Of a stretch of 64,000 bases of DNA, positions 35,420 through 46,990 are shown piece by piece. The position numbers were made by a program, and so were the translations under genes. The stretch is from Hemiscyllium ocellatum. Lineage: Eukaryota. Below the pieces are notes generated by a model, which ran no database searches, was not told the origin of the DNA, and saw only the letters and a program-made list of their open reading frames with translations. The stretch is taken from positions 79,943,131-80,007,130 of the forward strand of contig NC_083416.1 of the NCBI RefSeq assembly GCF_020745735.1. Direction: 5' to 3'. The first letter of the stretch is position 1. The number at the start of each line of letters is the position of its first letter.

Positions 35420-38400
35420 AGCCAACACTGCCAGCTGACACAGCTGTGAGCCTGCGCAGTTACTGCCTTTGCTGTTTGAATTCATGTATCGCTGGACATC
35501 AGAATGCATCTCGGAAAATTAACAAATAGTGCAATTCACAACAAATCTTTGAGGAACCTGTTTGGGAGAGGTCACAGCACAGAAAAGGATAAGTGAATAT
35601 TTTTCAGTCTGGCCCACAGAACATCTGCAGCAGTGAGTGGAGTCGGTTTTTTTCTTGATTGTATGTTTTTTTTAGATATGTATTTTATTTAAACTTAATG
35701 TATAAGCCACAAGTATTAAGTTAACCTGGAACAGTATGTTGTCGAGGAATAAGTCAATGCTATTTTCTGGGTCTGTAGACGAGAAGAAGCAAAAATGGCC
35801 TTTAGTAGAGTAATATGCTCTTCTTGTCAGATGTGGGAGTTTAGGAAGAGTTTATGTGTGAGTGAAGATTATATCTGCAATAAATGCTATTGTTTGCATA
35901 TCTTGTAAGATCGAATAATGAGTTGGAGAGACAGTTAGAAGGAGTGAGGGATTCACAAGAGCAGGGGATGTTATGAATGGCAGTTATAGGAAGGGAGAAC
36001 GTTGCAGATACAGTCACATAGGTGGGTTAACTCAAGGAAAGGTAAGAGAGGTAGTCAGATAATGCAGGAGTCTTCTGTGGCTATCACCATTTCCAACTAG
36101 TATGCTGGTTTGGAAAATGTAGGGGGTAATGGATTCTCAGGGGAATGTGGCACGAACAGCCAGGTTTCTGGTATCGAGACGAGCTCTATTGCAATGAGGA
36201 ACACGCCGAGGTACAAAAAGATCAATTGGATTAGGGGACTCTATCGTTTGAGGCGCAGATAGACGTTTCTGTGGCCAGCAGTGAAAAAACAGATTGGTAG
36301 ATTGCCTCCCTGATGTCAGGATCAATAATGTCTCAGAGAGGGTGCAAAATATACTTGGAACCGATGACATAGGAAGGCAAAAGGATGAGATTCTGAACGC
36401 AGAACGTAGAGAGTTAGGCAGGATTTTTTTAAAAAAAGGAGCTCCGCGAGAATAATAACACTGGATTTCGCCTGGTGTTGCGAGCGACTGAGGGTAGGAA
36501 TAGGAGGACAGAGCAGATGAATGGATTGCTGAGGAGCTGGTGCATGGGAGAAAGACACATTTTTGGATCATTGGAATGTCTTCTGGGGTAGAAGAGACCT
36601 GTATGAGAAGAACGGATTGCAGTTGAATTGGAAGGCGACTAATATACTGGCAGGGAGATTTGCCATAGCTGCTTGGGAGGATTTAAAATATTAAGATGGG
36701 GAGTGGGGTCGAGGGAGATAGTGAGGAAAGAGATCAATCAGAGACGTACCGTTGAGAAAAGAAGTGAGTCAAACAGTCAGGGCTGGCAGGGACAAAACAG
36801 AGAACAAGGTAAAATTGATAATTAAATTGCATTTATTTCAATGCAAGAGGCCTAATAGGGAAAGCAGATGCACTCACGGCATGGTTAAGAACTTGGGACT
36901 GGGATAGCGTAGCAATTACAGAAATATGGCTCAGGGATGGCAAAGGACTGTCAGCTTCATGTTCCAGGATACAAATGCTACAGGACGGACAGAAAGCGAG
37001 GCAAGTGGGGAAGGGTTGTGGCATTTTTCATAAGGGATAGCCTTACAGCTGTACTGAGGGAGGATATTCCTGGAAATACATCTAGGACACGTAGTTGGGT
37101 TGAAGTGAGAAATAAGAAATGGGTGATCACCTGTTTGGGATTGTATAATAGAACCCCTAATAGTCAGAAGTAAATTGAGAAACAGATGTGAAAGGATGGT
37201 GCAATGATCTGTAAGAATAATGGGGTAATTATGATAGGGGATTTTAACTTTCCGAACATAGACTGGGACTGCAACAGTGTTAAGTGCATACAAGTGAAGT
37301 TTCTCATTTAATATGTGGATGTACTTCTTAGAGAAGGTGCAAAACTTGACCTATTCTTGGGAAATAATTTCAGTTATCTGTACGAACAATAGGGCAGTTA
37401 TAGTAGGGGATTTTAACTTCCCAAACATAAATTGGGACTGCCATAGTGTTAAGGGTTTAGACGGAGAAGAATGTATTAGGTATATACAAGAAAAGTTTCT
37501 AATTCACTATATGGATGCACTTCCTGGAGAAGGTGCAAACCTTGAAGTACTCTTGGGAAATAAGGCAGGATAGGTGACTGAGGTGTCAGTGGGGGAGTAC
37601 TTTGGGGTCGGCGACCATAATTGTATTAGTTTAAAATAACAATGGAAAAGGATAGACCAGATCTAAAAGTTAAAGTTCTAAATTGGAGAAAGGGTAATTT
37701 TGACAAGAGTTGGCAAGAACTTTCAAAAAATGATTACAGGCAGATGATCGAGGGAAACGGACGACTGTGAAATGGGAAGCCTTCAGAAATGAGACAATGA
37801 GAGTCCAGAGACTGTATATTCCCATTAGCGTGAAAGGAAAGGCTGGGAGGTGTAAGGAGTGGTGAATGACGAAATAAATTGATGGTTTGGTTAAGAAGAA
37901 GAAGGGAGCATATTTCAGGTATAGGCAAGAAAGATCAAATGAATACTTGGAAGAGTATAAAGGCAGCTGGAGTATATTTAGAGGGAAATCAGCAGTGCAA
38001 AAAAAGGGACATGAGATAGCTTTGGTAGTACTGTCAAAGAGAATCCAAACAGTTTTAAAAATATATTAAGGACAAAAGGGCAACAACTGAGCGAATGGGA
38101 TCCCTCAAAGATCAGCAAGGCTGCCTTTGTGTGGGACCGCAGGAGATAGGGGAGATACTGAATGAATATTTTGCATCAGTGTTTACTGTGGAAAAGGACA
38201 TGAAAAGTATTGAATGCAAGGCAATAGATGTTGAAATTTTGGAAAATATCCATATTACAGAGGAGGAGATGCTGGATTTCTTGAAATGTGTAAAAGTGGA
38301 TAAATCCACAGGACCTGATGAGGTGTAGCCTAGAGCTCTGTGGGAAGCTAGGGAAGTGATTGCTGGGCCTCTTACTGAGATATTAGTATAATCAATAGTC

Positions 38401-39821
38401 ACAGTTGAGGTGCCAGAAGACTGGAGGTTGGCAAACGTGATGCCACTGTTTAAGAAAGGTGGTAAGGACAAGCCAGGGAGCTATAGACCATTGAGCTGAT
38501 GTCGGTGGTGGGCAAGTTGTTGGATGCAATTGTGAGGGATAGGCTGTACATGTATTTGGAAAGGCAAGGACTGATTAGGGATAGTCAACATGGCTTTGTG
38601 CGTGGGAAATTATGTCTCACAAACTTGATTGAGTTTTTTTTGACCAAGTAACAAGGAGGATTGATGAGGGTAGAGTGGTAGATGTGATCTATACAAATTT
38701 CAGTAAGACGTTCGACAAGGTTCCCCTTGGGAGAGTGGAGTGCAAGGTTAGATCTCATGGAATACAGGGAGAACTAGACATTTGGATTCAGAACTGGCTA
38801 AAAGGTACTTGTTTTTCAGACTAAAGGTCTGTGACCAGTGGAGTGCCACAAGGATTGGTGTTGGGTCCACTAATTTTCATCACATATAAATGATTTGGAT
38901 GTGAGCATCAGAGGTATAGTAAGTAAGTTTGCTGATGACAGAAAAATTGGAGATGTAGTGGACAGCAAAGAAGGTTACCTCAGATTAAAACGAGACCTTG
39001 ATCAGATGGTCCAATGGGCTGAGAAATGGCAGATGGAGCTTAATTTAGATAAATGTGAGGTGCTGCATTTTGGGAAAGCAAATCTTAGCAGGACTTATAT
39101 ACTTAATTGTAAGGTCTTAGGGAGTGCTGCTGAGCAAAGAGACATTGGAGTGCAGGCTCATAGCGTTTTGAAAGTGGAGTCGCAGATAGATAGGATAATG
39201 AAGAAGGCATTCTGTATGCTTTCCTTTTATTGGTCAGAGTATTGAGTACAGGATATTGGTTAGGTTACTGCAGGATTATTCCGTGGAATTCTGGTCTCCC
39301 TCCCATTGGAAAGGTGTTGTAAAACTTGAAAGAATTCAGAAAAGATTTGCAAGAATGTTTCCCGGGTTGGATGATTTGAGCTATGTGGAGAGGTTGAATA
39401 GGCTGGGCTGTTTTCCCTGGAGTGTTGGAGGCTGAGGGGTGACCTTATAGAGGTTTACAAAATCATGAGGGGCATGAACAGGATAAATAGACAAATCCTT
39501 TTCCCTGGAGTGCAGGAATTCTAGAACTAGAGCGCATAGGTTTAGGATGAGAGGGAAAAGATATAAAAGAGACTTAAGGGGTAACGTTTTCATGCAGAGG
39601 ATGTACCTGTATGGAATGAGCTGCCAGAGTAAGTGGTGGAGGCTAGCATAATTGCAACATTTAAAAGACATCTGTATGGCTATATGAAAAGGAAAAGTTT
39701 GGTGGAATATGGGTCAAGTACTGGCAGGTGGGACTTGATTGGGTTGGGATATCTCGTCGGCATGGACGAGTTGGACCAAAAGGTCGGATTCTGTGTTGTA
39801 CATCTCTATGGCTCTATGACT
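35131..39821 (+). mobile_element. Near full-length degenerate CR1 LINE (5'UTR, ORF1 zinc finger + esterase, ORF2 APE endonuclease + RT)
   Basis: ORF1 relic CSSCQMWE..YICNKC near 35800; endonuclease motifs YFNARGL, AITEIW, GDFNFPNINW; RT SKFADD, NLDKCEVLHFG; tail CTCTATGGCTCTATGACT; multiple stops; 5' boundary approximate. Confidence 0.9.
35363..35416. repeat. (GA)n microsatellite in CR1 5'UTR
   Basis: Directly visible; shorter counterpart at 50929-50956. Confidence 0.9.
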
Positions 39822-40299
39822 AAGTGAAACTGAATCACAATATGCTGTATGTTACTGGGAATATTGTCATGATAACAGTAGGCATTTATTGACCTGGACG
39901 ATCATGGATTACTTGGAATATAACAGCAAATGTTAGAGAAACGCAGTAGGCCTGGAAGCCTCGTGTGGAGAAAACATTCAACATTATTCTGAACTCGACC
40001 CATTAATTGTTTTCTCTCCACAAATGCTACCAGGTCTGCTAAATTTTCGGATTTGTTTTTGTTTCAGTTCTCTAGCATGCACAGTTCTTCGTTTTGCTTT
40101 GCTTATTAATTGGAAATACGATTCCAAGGAGAATCAGCCTTTCTACTGCGAAGGAACGTTATACCGATTTTGCAAAGAATACGAAAAAAAAGCATACTAT
40201 TATTTCTGTTTCTAAAGGATTCTGGAATTGCATATGCACAGTCCTTTCATTTCATGCAGAAGCAATAAATCTTGAAACAATATATCATTCAGGACTATT

Positions 40300-40346
40300 G
40301 TTGCAGTTATTGTTTGAGGCTGTTCGTGTCGCTGTCTACCAATCAG
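40300..40346 (+). promoter_or_regulatory. Orphan CSE/CTCF site upstream of Pcdh relic B
   Basis: TGCAG 40302, CGCT 40330, CCAAT 40339. Confidence 0.82.
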
Positions 40347-40601
40347 AAGCTGAAACGCTGCCCTGCATCTGCAGTGCCTCATTCTCCAGCTAAAGCACCA
40401 CAGCGAAAAAGCGACAAGACCAACAGTGACTGCCTATGTGCTGTGCAGCCATGAACTGCCAATCTCCTCGGGTCTGTGTTTCGTTTACTTCCTCTCTTCC
40501 ATATTAAAGTAATGACATGCATCCGTACCATTGTCCTGTAAGAGACTGGATAAGGTCATCGATTTGCCGATCTATTTTACAGCAACGTCCACCTGAGAAC
40601 A

Positions 40602-40816
40602 ATGGCAATAATGAGCGGGCCCGATTTGGACCTCTTTACGGTGCGAGCCCCTTGATCGTTCCCAAACAGCAGGAACAAAAACCCTTTGTTGAGAATATCG
40701 CTGTGTATTTGAGACTAAGTATGTGGGAATTATCCACGCAGGCATTTCGTCTTGTCTTTGATGGAAGACGTTAGTACATTGAAGTTAATTTGGAAATTTG
40801 AGGTGTATTTGTTAAT
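40602..40816 (+). pseudogene. Protocadherin 5' relic B
   Basis: The end of ORF 40517..40774 reads VPKQQEQKPFVENIAVYLRLSMWELSTQAFRLVFDGRR* and continues YIEVNLEI*GVFVN. Confidence 0.85.
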
Positions 40817-40829
40817 TAACCGCTGAGCG

Positions 40830-41127
40830 TCGCAATGGGGAGGTATTTGTGTAGATGTAATAGCAGTCAGAAATCTAATGCTCTGGGCCCGTGGGTTCGA
40901 ATCCCACTGCAGAAGGTGAGTTTTGAATTTAAAGCTGATGTGAAGTCGAGAGTTGGCCTGATGGTAGGTTGATGTTCAAACCCATTCCTTAGAAGGGTGG
41001 CAAACTACTGATCACAGCTGCTGCATGTGATTCCAGATGTACAGGAATATGGTTAGCAATTTATGTCGATGGGCCATAAATGCTGACCAAGTTGATGAAG
41101 TCCTCGTCCAGCAAAGCAACAAAAAAG
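40830..41127 (+). mobile_element. tRNA-derived SINE abutting relic B
   Basis: B-box GGTTCGAATCC 40894-40904; duplicate of the unit A copy. Confidence 0.7.
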
Positions 41128-44100
41128 CGGATTGAGCCGAGAGTCCTAAAGTTGCTGCAGTAGGAAAGAGAGACTGTGTGTCTGTTTTGGGCATCAGACA
41201 TTCAAATTCTCATATATCTCGCCTATAGCCTTGCATGTTACGACGTCCACGTGTTCATCTAAATAATTGTCTTTTGAGGTTTCCTGTTTCCACCAACGGT
41301 TAAGACAGTGAAATCAAGATGGCCACAAATCCCTCGTTGAAGAAGAAAAATCCTTAAATCAGTTCTAAATATCCTGATCCTTATGTTAATATGACGTCGT
41401 TTTGATTATTGACCCCTCTAAATAGGGGAAACGTTTCTCTCTACCTTGGTTTTTATTGTCCGTCGGAACGTTGTACCACTCAATCGTAATGACCCTCATC
41501 CTTCTCTGCGGTAAGAGAATCAATCACAGTTTACCTCTTTTTTTTTCGTATGAATCGCTGCAGTGAAGACAACACGCTCCCTTATTTAATCACATCCTTC
41601 GTACGTTGCAACCAGAATTGCACAATGCATCTCCCCTGACCAAACTCACGTTACAATCAGCTCAAACATAGTTACCTTGCTCTTGCATTCAGACAGAGCG
41701 ACCAGAGGACAGAATTATGCAGCGCTGTATCCGTTCTCTTTCTTTGTTAATAGATGTGGGTAATTATTAGAAAATACTCCCTGCTGCTGTGCGAATATTA
41801 TATGTAGTCGATTCCAAATGAAGATTTCAGTTGTAGCCCAGACATTCAATTTACTTGCTGAAAGATCACAAGACCAGATGCCGGTCCTAACACAATCAAT
41901 ACTTCCTAGATCTTTCTTAAGAAATGGCTTGGAGTCCCATTGCGACTGTGGGTGGCATTTTATCTAATCTCCATAACTAGTCGAATGGAGATGGAATTTA
42001 AAGTCTGTGATATTATTACTTCAATGGCACGAAATTGCAAAATGTCGATGTATAAGCAGATCTGGGTATCATCATCAATGTGTCACTAAAGTCTAACATA
42101 CAGGTGCAGCAAGCTGCTACGATGGCTTAACGAATATTTATCTTCAATTCAAGAGGATTTGTTTTATAGATAATTGAGTACTGGTTCAATTTTGTAGAAG
42201 GTAGCTTCAACGGCAAAGGTAGTATTTACACAGTACCTGAAGAACGTTATTATTGACACAGAGGGATTAGAGCACAGGTTCATCAGACTTGTTCCTCTGA
42301 TGGCATGACTGTCCTATGAAGAACATTGGGCAAATTGAAGGTGTATTCCCTAGGATTTAGAAGAAGTGATCTCATTGAAACCTGCAGCATAATTAAAGGG
42401 AAGGAGAAAACAGATTTAGATTTTGTTTGGATTTTATTGTCACGTGCACTCAAAAACAAATGCATCCGAGTATATTGAAAAGTTTTCACTGTCGCCACAC
42501 ACAATGGTCCGTATCTCGATACAAAACGTTAAGAATAAGGTAAAAAGAAATAAGGAACAAAGGTAAAAGTTAAATATTACAGTTACTACACTACAGATGC
42601 AGAAGAGATGATTCCCTTGGTTGGGGATCCTAGTCATTCCAGGGACAATTAATAATAAGGGATGCCCACGTTGGACGAGGATGAGGAGATTTTTTGATGA
42701 AATATTGCAAACCCTTGGAAATCCCAACACAGAGTGCTGTAGAAGCTCAATCCTCAAGGATGGTTTAACTATGCTTTAAACATATTTTGATTGTTTTCTA
42801 GCTACCAACGGGGTAGAGATTTGTGGGGATAAATGATGAAAGACGTTAAAGTGTTAGATTACTCATCATCGCATTAAATAACTTGACAGCCTGGCAGGCT
42901 GAATGACCTACTCCTGCTTCCATGTTTCTGGGTCCGATTACTGGAAATGCAACATTGGGCGTGCTGTGCGGTCCATGGACTGCATTCTCTTTTGAAAAAA
43001 TCTTCTATTGTAATCTGCTACCAGTGGCTTCATCTTCAGTGTTCACGTTGTCCACCATCGAGGCCGATCGTTCCGATGTTACATCCATATGTCGGTCCAC
43101 TTCCTTCGAATTCTTAGACAAAACCTAACATTTAAATCATTTAGGATTCGTCACTCATTTTAACAGATTTGTTTTCGTTTCAAAAGCTATTACTTCCCCT
43201 TGTGCGTTTTTATGATGATGGACCGAGATCCTCACATTCTAACTCTTTTTCTCTGTTTCCGTCCAACTCATTTTTCATTCTTAACCTCACGAATATAAAC
43301 AGTACCCACGCTGCACTTCAACATCTGCCGCTTCATGAGCATGTTTCATAACTCGCCTTTACTTCTGCGATGTTAAAGCATACTTTTCCTTAATCAGTGA
43401 CTTATTTTCAAAAGCAGATTGAGGTATAGAACAATCGAATTCGGTGATACTTCAATCTTGGAGCTATTCTGATGGTGTCGGTCTAGATATCGGGGCAATT
43501 TTTGCAGTGTTTAATGACTGTACAGTGAGATTTGAGATGCTTCAAACGTAACTCACTGAAAGGCTGCAAACACCAACGATTTTGGTTGATGCGATGATGT
43601 TCAGTTTGTTATGTTTATCGAAGAATATGAAAGGGTACATAGTTGCCTATCTCATTCTTTCCATGTAAACGCATGGGTTAATTAGTTTCTCGCAATACAG
43701 ACGTACAGGCATTTTCTTAGTTTCAACAGAATGCCAGCAGAATATCTAGATTTTGGATCAGCGCACCTAATTATTGGGCATATACTTTCTTAGAAACGGT
43801 CAGGGTGCCGCTGTTTGATTCTGGACGAGGGGTAATAGGTTCACCAGATGTGTATTCCAGAAACATTAAAAATGAGGTAGCGAAGGTGAAAAGAACGAAA
43901 TAAACTGATTTGTGAGGACTCCTGAGGGAGAGAAAAAAAATCAATTACCAACGTAGCGATTACTATCAGTGTTATTTAACAAAAGAAAATTAGTGTCTCG
44001 GAAATATTGTCAGCTTTTTCAAATACCAGCGATATCTACACACTTTTAGAATGATTAACTCGTATGTAAAGCCTAGAAATACTTGTAAATTTCGTAAGCT

Positions 44101-44308
44101 GTAATTTATTAAAATTAAGCCTTAGAATGACAATATAACAATTAAACATGAACAACCGTTGATGACGAGAATGATGTGATTACCAAATGGCTTGGGAATC
44201 CGATACAGCACATTGAAAATGCCATTTGTGAAATGCCAATTGTCCGGATATTTTTAATTGTACACCCATAATTTGACAAGACCACTGAAGGGTTTAGCTT
44301 TAATAATA

Positions 44309-44355
44309 GTTGCAGTTATTGGGCGAAACTCTTCGTGTCGCTGTCGACCAATAAG
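44309..44355 (+). promoter_or_regulatory. CSE/CTCF site plus CCAAT, gene 4 promoter
   Basis: TGCAG 44311, CGCT 44339, CCAAT 44348. Confidence 0.88.
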
Positions 44356-44550
44356 AATTCGAGACGTTGGAAGAGATCGACCGCCTCCTCCTTCACAAAC
44401 AGAACCATACGGGCAGTCTGCTGTCTGCGTTGCTCGTGTGCGGTCACGGTCAGAAAATCTCTCCAGGTGATATCCTTATCGTTGCTCAGTTCATAAATAG
44501 GATATTGATATACAGCTAGTTATTTTTTCTGTTAGAATTGACGCATCAGC

Positions 44551-46953
44551 ATGACAATGGCGACTATTCTGATGAGCCAAGTGTCCATCATTTTTTTGCT
44601 CTGCATTTCTGACCTGGTTTCCGAACAACTTCGCTACTCGATTCCCGAGGAAGTGGAGCGTGGAACATATGTTGGCAACGTCGCTGAAGATCTAGGATTA
44701 AAGGTTTGGGAATTATCGAGTCGCAAATTTCTTCTGATTTCTGATTACTCGAAGAAATACATGGAGGTAAACGTAGGAAATGGTTTCCTCTTTGTTAATG
44801 AAGGAATCGACAGAGAACAGCTTTGCAGCAAAACCGCAGCCTGTTCTCTCTCTTTCCAAATCACGCTCGATTATCCTTTGGAAATGTATCCCGTTGAAGT
44901 GGAGATACTAGACGTAAATGATAATTCACCCGTCTTTTCGAGGAAGGAATTCTATTTGCAAATCAATGAGTTAAATGCGCCGGGCGCTCGCCTCCCTCTC
45001 GAGAGCGCGCGTGATCTGGACGTGGGTACAAACACAATCAACACATACCAGATCAATCCGAACGAGCACTTTGATATTAAAGTGCAGACAAGAAGAGGAG
45101 GCAATAAACGTGCCGAACTGGTATTAAAGAGATCTTTGGACCGAGAACAACAATCAATATTTACTCTGGTATTGACGGCCATAGATGGTGGGATTCCGCA
45201 GAGATCTGGCACAGCGCGGATCATCATTAATGTCATGGACGCAAATGATAACGCCCCCGTATTCGATCATGAGACCTATAGGACGTCAACGGTAGAAAAC
45301 ACTGTGAATGGCACTTTGGTGATAAGAGTTCATGCTACTGATATTGATGAAGGGACAAACGCGGAGGTAACATATTCTTTCACGCATGACGTTTCCCAGA
45401 ATATTCGTGATTTGTTCAAATTGGATCCTGTATCTGGAGAAATCAGAGTTCGAGGTGTACTAGATTTTGAAGAAACAAATGTTTATGAGTTTGACGTCCA
45501 AGCAATGAACTCCGCTCCACCTGAATTGTCAACTCTTGCAAATGTTGTCATCGATGTTGTTGACACTAACGATAATCGTCCTGTTTTGCAAGTTACGATG
45601 GTGTCCGGTGCTGTGCGGGAAGATTCTTCTTCGGGAATTAGTATAGCACTGATCAGCATCACGGATCGCGATTCTGGCGAATATGGGGACGTTTATTGTG
45701 AGATCCCAGAGAATATTCCCTTCAAGATTGAAAAATCTTTGAAGGGCAACTACAAGTTGATTACCAATGGATTTCTGGATCATGAGATTTCCCCACTGTA
45801 CAACATCTCCATTTCAGCCTGGGACGGTGGATATCCTCCTCTTTCAGCGAGTACATTAATTGTGGTTTCAGTAATTGATGTCAATGATAATTCACCAAGT
45901 TTTACGCAGTCGTCATATAACGTGTATCTGACGGAGAATAATGCTCCCGGTGCATCTATATTTGCAGTTCGTGCAAATGATGCTGATTTGAATCAAAATG
46001 CGGAAATCTCTTATTCCATTCTCGACAATCGACAGCAAGAAGAAATGCCCTCCTCTGCGTACTTTGCGATGAACTCCAAAAATGGGAACATTTACGCCTT
46101 GCGCTCCTTCGACTACGAGCAACAAAAACATTTCCAGGTGAAAGTTCAAGCTCAGGATAGTGGGTCGCCTCCATTGACCAGCACTACCTTCGTGAATGTT
46201 ATTATTTTGGATCAAAATGACAATGCACCCATTATTCTTTCACCTTTAACATGGAACAGCTCAGCAACAGTGGAGGTAATACCCCATTCAACATATCCAG
46301 GATATCTGGTCACCAAGGTAATTGCCACGGATGAAGACTCTGGTCAGAACGCAAGGCTTTCCTACGAGTTATTGGAAACCACTGATCCTAGTCTTTTTAC
46401 TGTTGGACATCTCTCTGGAGAAATTAGAGCAACGCGAGCATTTAGTGATCAAGATATCATTGACGTGCGCGTGGTCCTCTGCGTGAAGGACAATGGACAG
46501 CCGAGCCTTTCTAGCAGCGCCACAATATCCTTTATCGTAATGTCCAATGTTACTGAGAAATCATTTGGACAACGTGATGAACCCAGATACTCGGAATATT
46601 TTTCAGGTATAAATAGTTATCTAATCATAATTTTCGGATCCACTTCCTTTTTGTTTCTCATAATAATATTATTTTTGCTCACCCTGAAGTGCAGACAAGA
46701 TAGAGATACTGCTGAAATTTATAACTCTGCAGTCTGTTGTTGTAATGGGAGAAATTCGACTGATGGCTTTAATCGGACACCAACAGGAAGGGATCCTTTG
46801 AATTATAGCGGGGCAGTTCAGGCCGGAAGTTATCATTACAGTGTGTGCTTGTCACCGGAATCATCGAAGAGTGACTTTCTGTTTTTAAAACCTTGTCATT
46901 CTACGTTGCCTTTCAACGATCGGAGAGTTCGTGACAGCAACGCAAGAAACTAA
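44551..46953 (+). CDS. Clustered protocadherin variable exon (gene 4)
   Basis: 800-aa ORF, 6 EC + TM + tail; tandem duplicate of genes 3/5. Confidence 0.97.
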   Translation: MTMATILMSQVSIIFLLCISDLVSEQLRYSIPEEVERGTYVGNVAEDLGLKVWELSSRKFLLISDYSKKYMEVNVGNGFLFVNEGIDREQLCSKTAACSLSFQITLDYPLEMYPVEVEILDVNDNSPVFSRKEFYLQINELNAPGARLPLESARDLDVGTNTINTYQINPNEHFDIKVQTRRGGNKRAELVLKRSLDREQQSIFTLVLTAIDGGIPQRSGTARIIINVMDANDNAPVFDHETYRTSTVENTVNGTLVIRVHATDIDEGTNAEVTYSFTHDVSQNIRDLFKLDPVSGEIRVRGVLDFEETNVYEFDVQAMNSAPPELSTLANVVIDVVDTNDNRPVLQVTMVSGAVREDSSSGISIALISITDRDSGEYGDVYCEIPENIPFKIEKSLKGNYKLITNGFLDHEISPLYNISISAWDGGYPPLSASTLIVVSVIDVNDNSPSFTQSSYNVYLTENNAPGASIFAVRANDADLNQNAEISYSILDNRQQEEMPSSAYFAMNSKNGNIYALRSFDYEQQKHFQVKVQAQDSGSPPLTSTTFVNVIILDQNDNAPIILSPLTWNSSATVEVIPHSTYPGYLVTKVIATDEDSGQNARLSYELLETTDPSLFTVGHLSGEIRATRAFSDQDIIDVRVVLCVKDNGQPSLSSSATISFIVMSNVTEKSFGQRDEPRYSEYFSGINSYLIIIFGSTSFLFLIIILFLLTLKCRQDRDTAEIYNSAVCCCNGRNSTDGFNRTPTGRDPLNYSGAVQAGSYHYSVCLSPESSKSDFLFLKPCHSTLPFNDRRVRDSNARN

Positions 46954-46981
46954 CTTCGACAACAATATATTCTTTCTGTGG

Positions 46982-46990
46982 CAGGTAATT
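46982..46990 (+). other. Putative 5' splice donor downstream of gene 4 stop
   Basis: CAG|GTAATT, GT at 46985, 31 nt after TAA. Confidence 0.6.

Larger units (their letters stand above)
24815..39821 (+). repeat. Tandem segmental duplication unit A (~15.0 kb)
   Basis: Begins AAGTGAAACTGAATCACAATATGCTGTATG, also at 39822 and 55187; colinear content: orphan CSE + relic, SINE, old LINE pieces, Pcdh gene, spacer, CR1. Confidence 0.93.
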
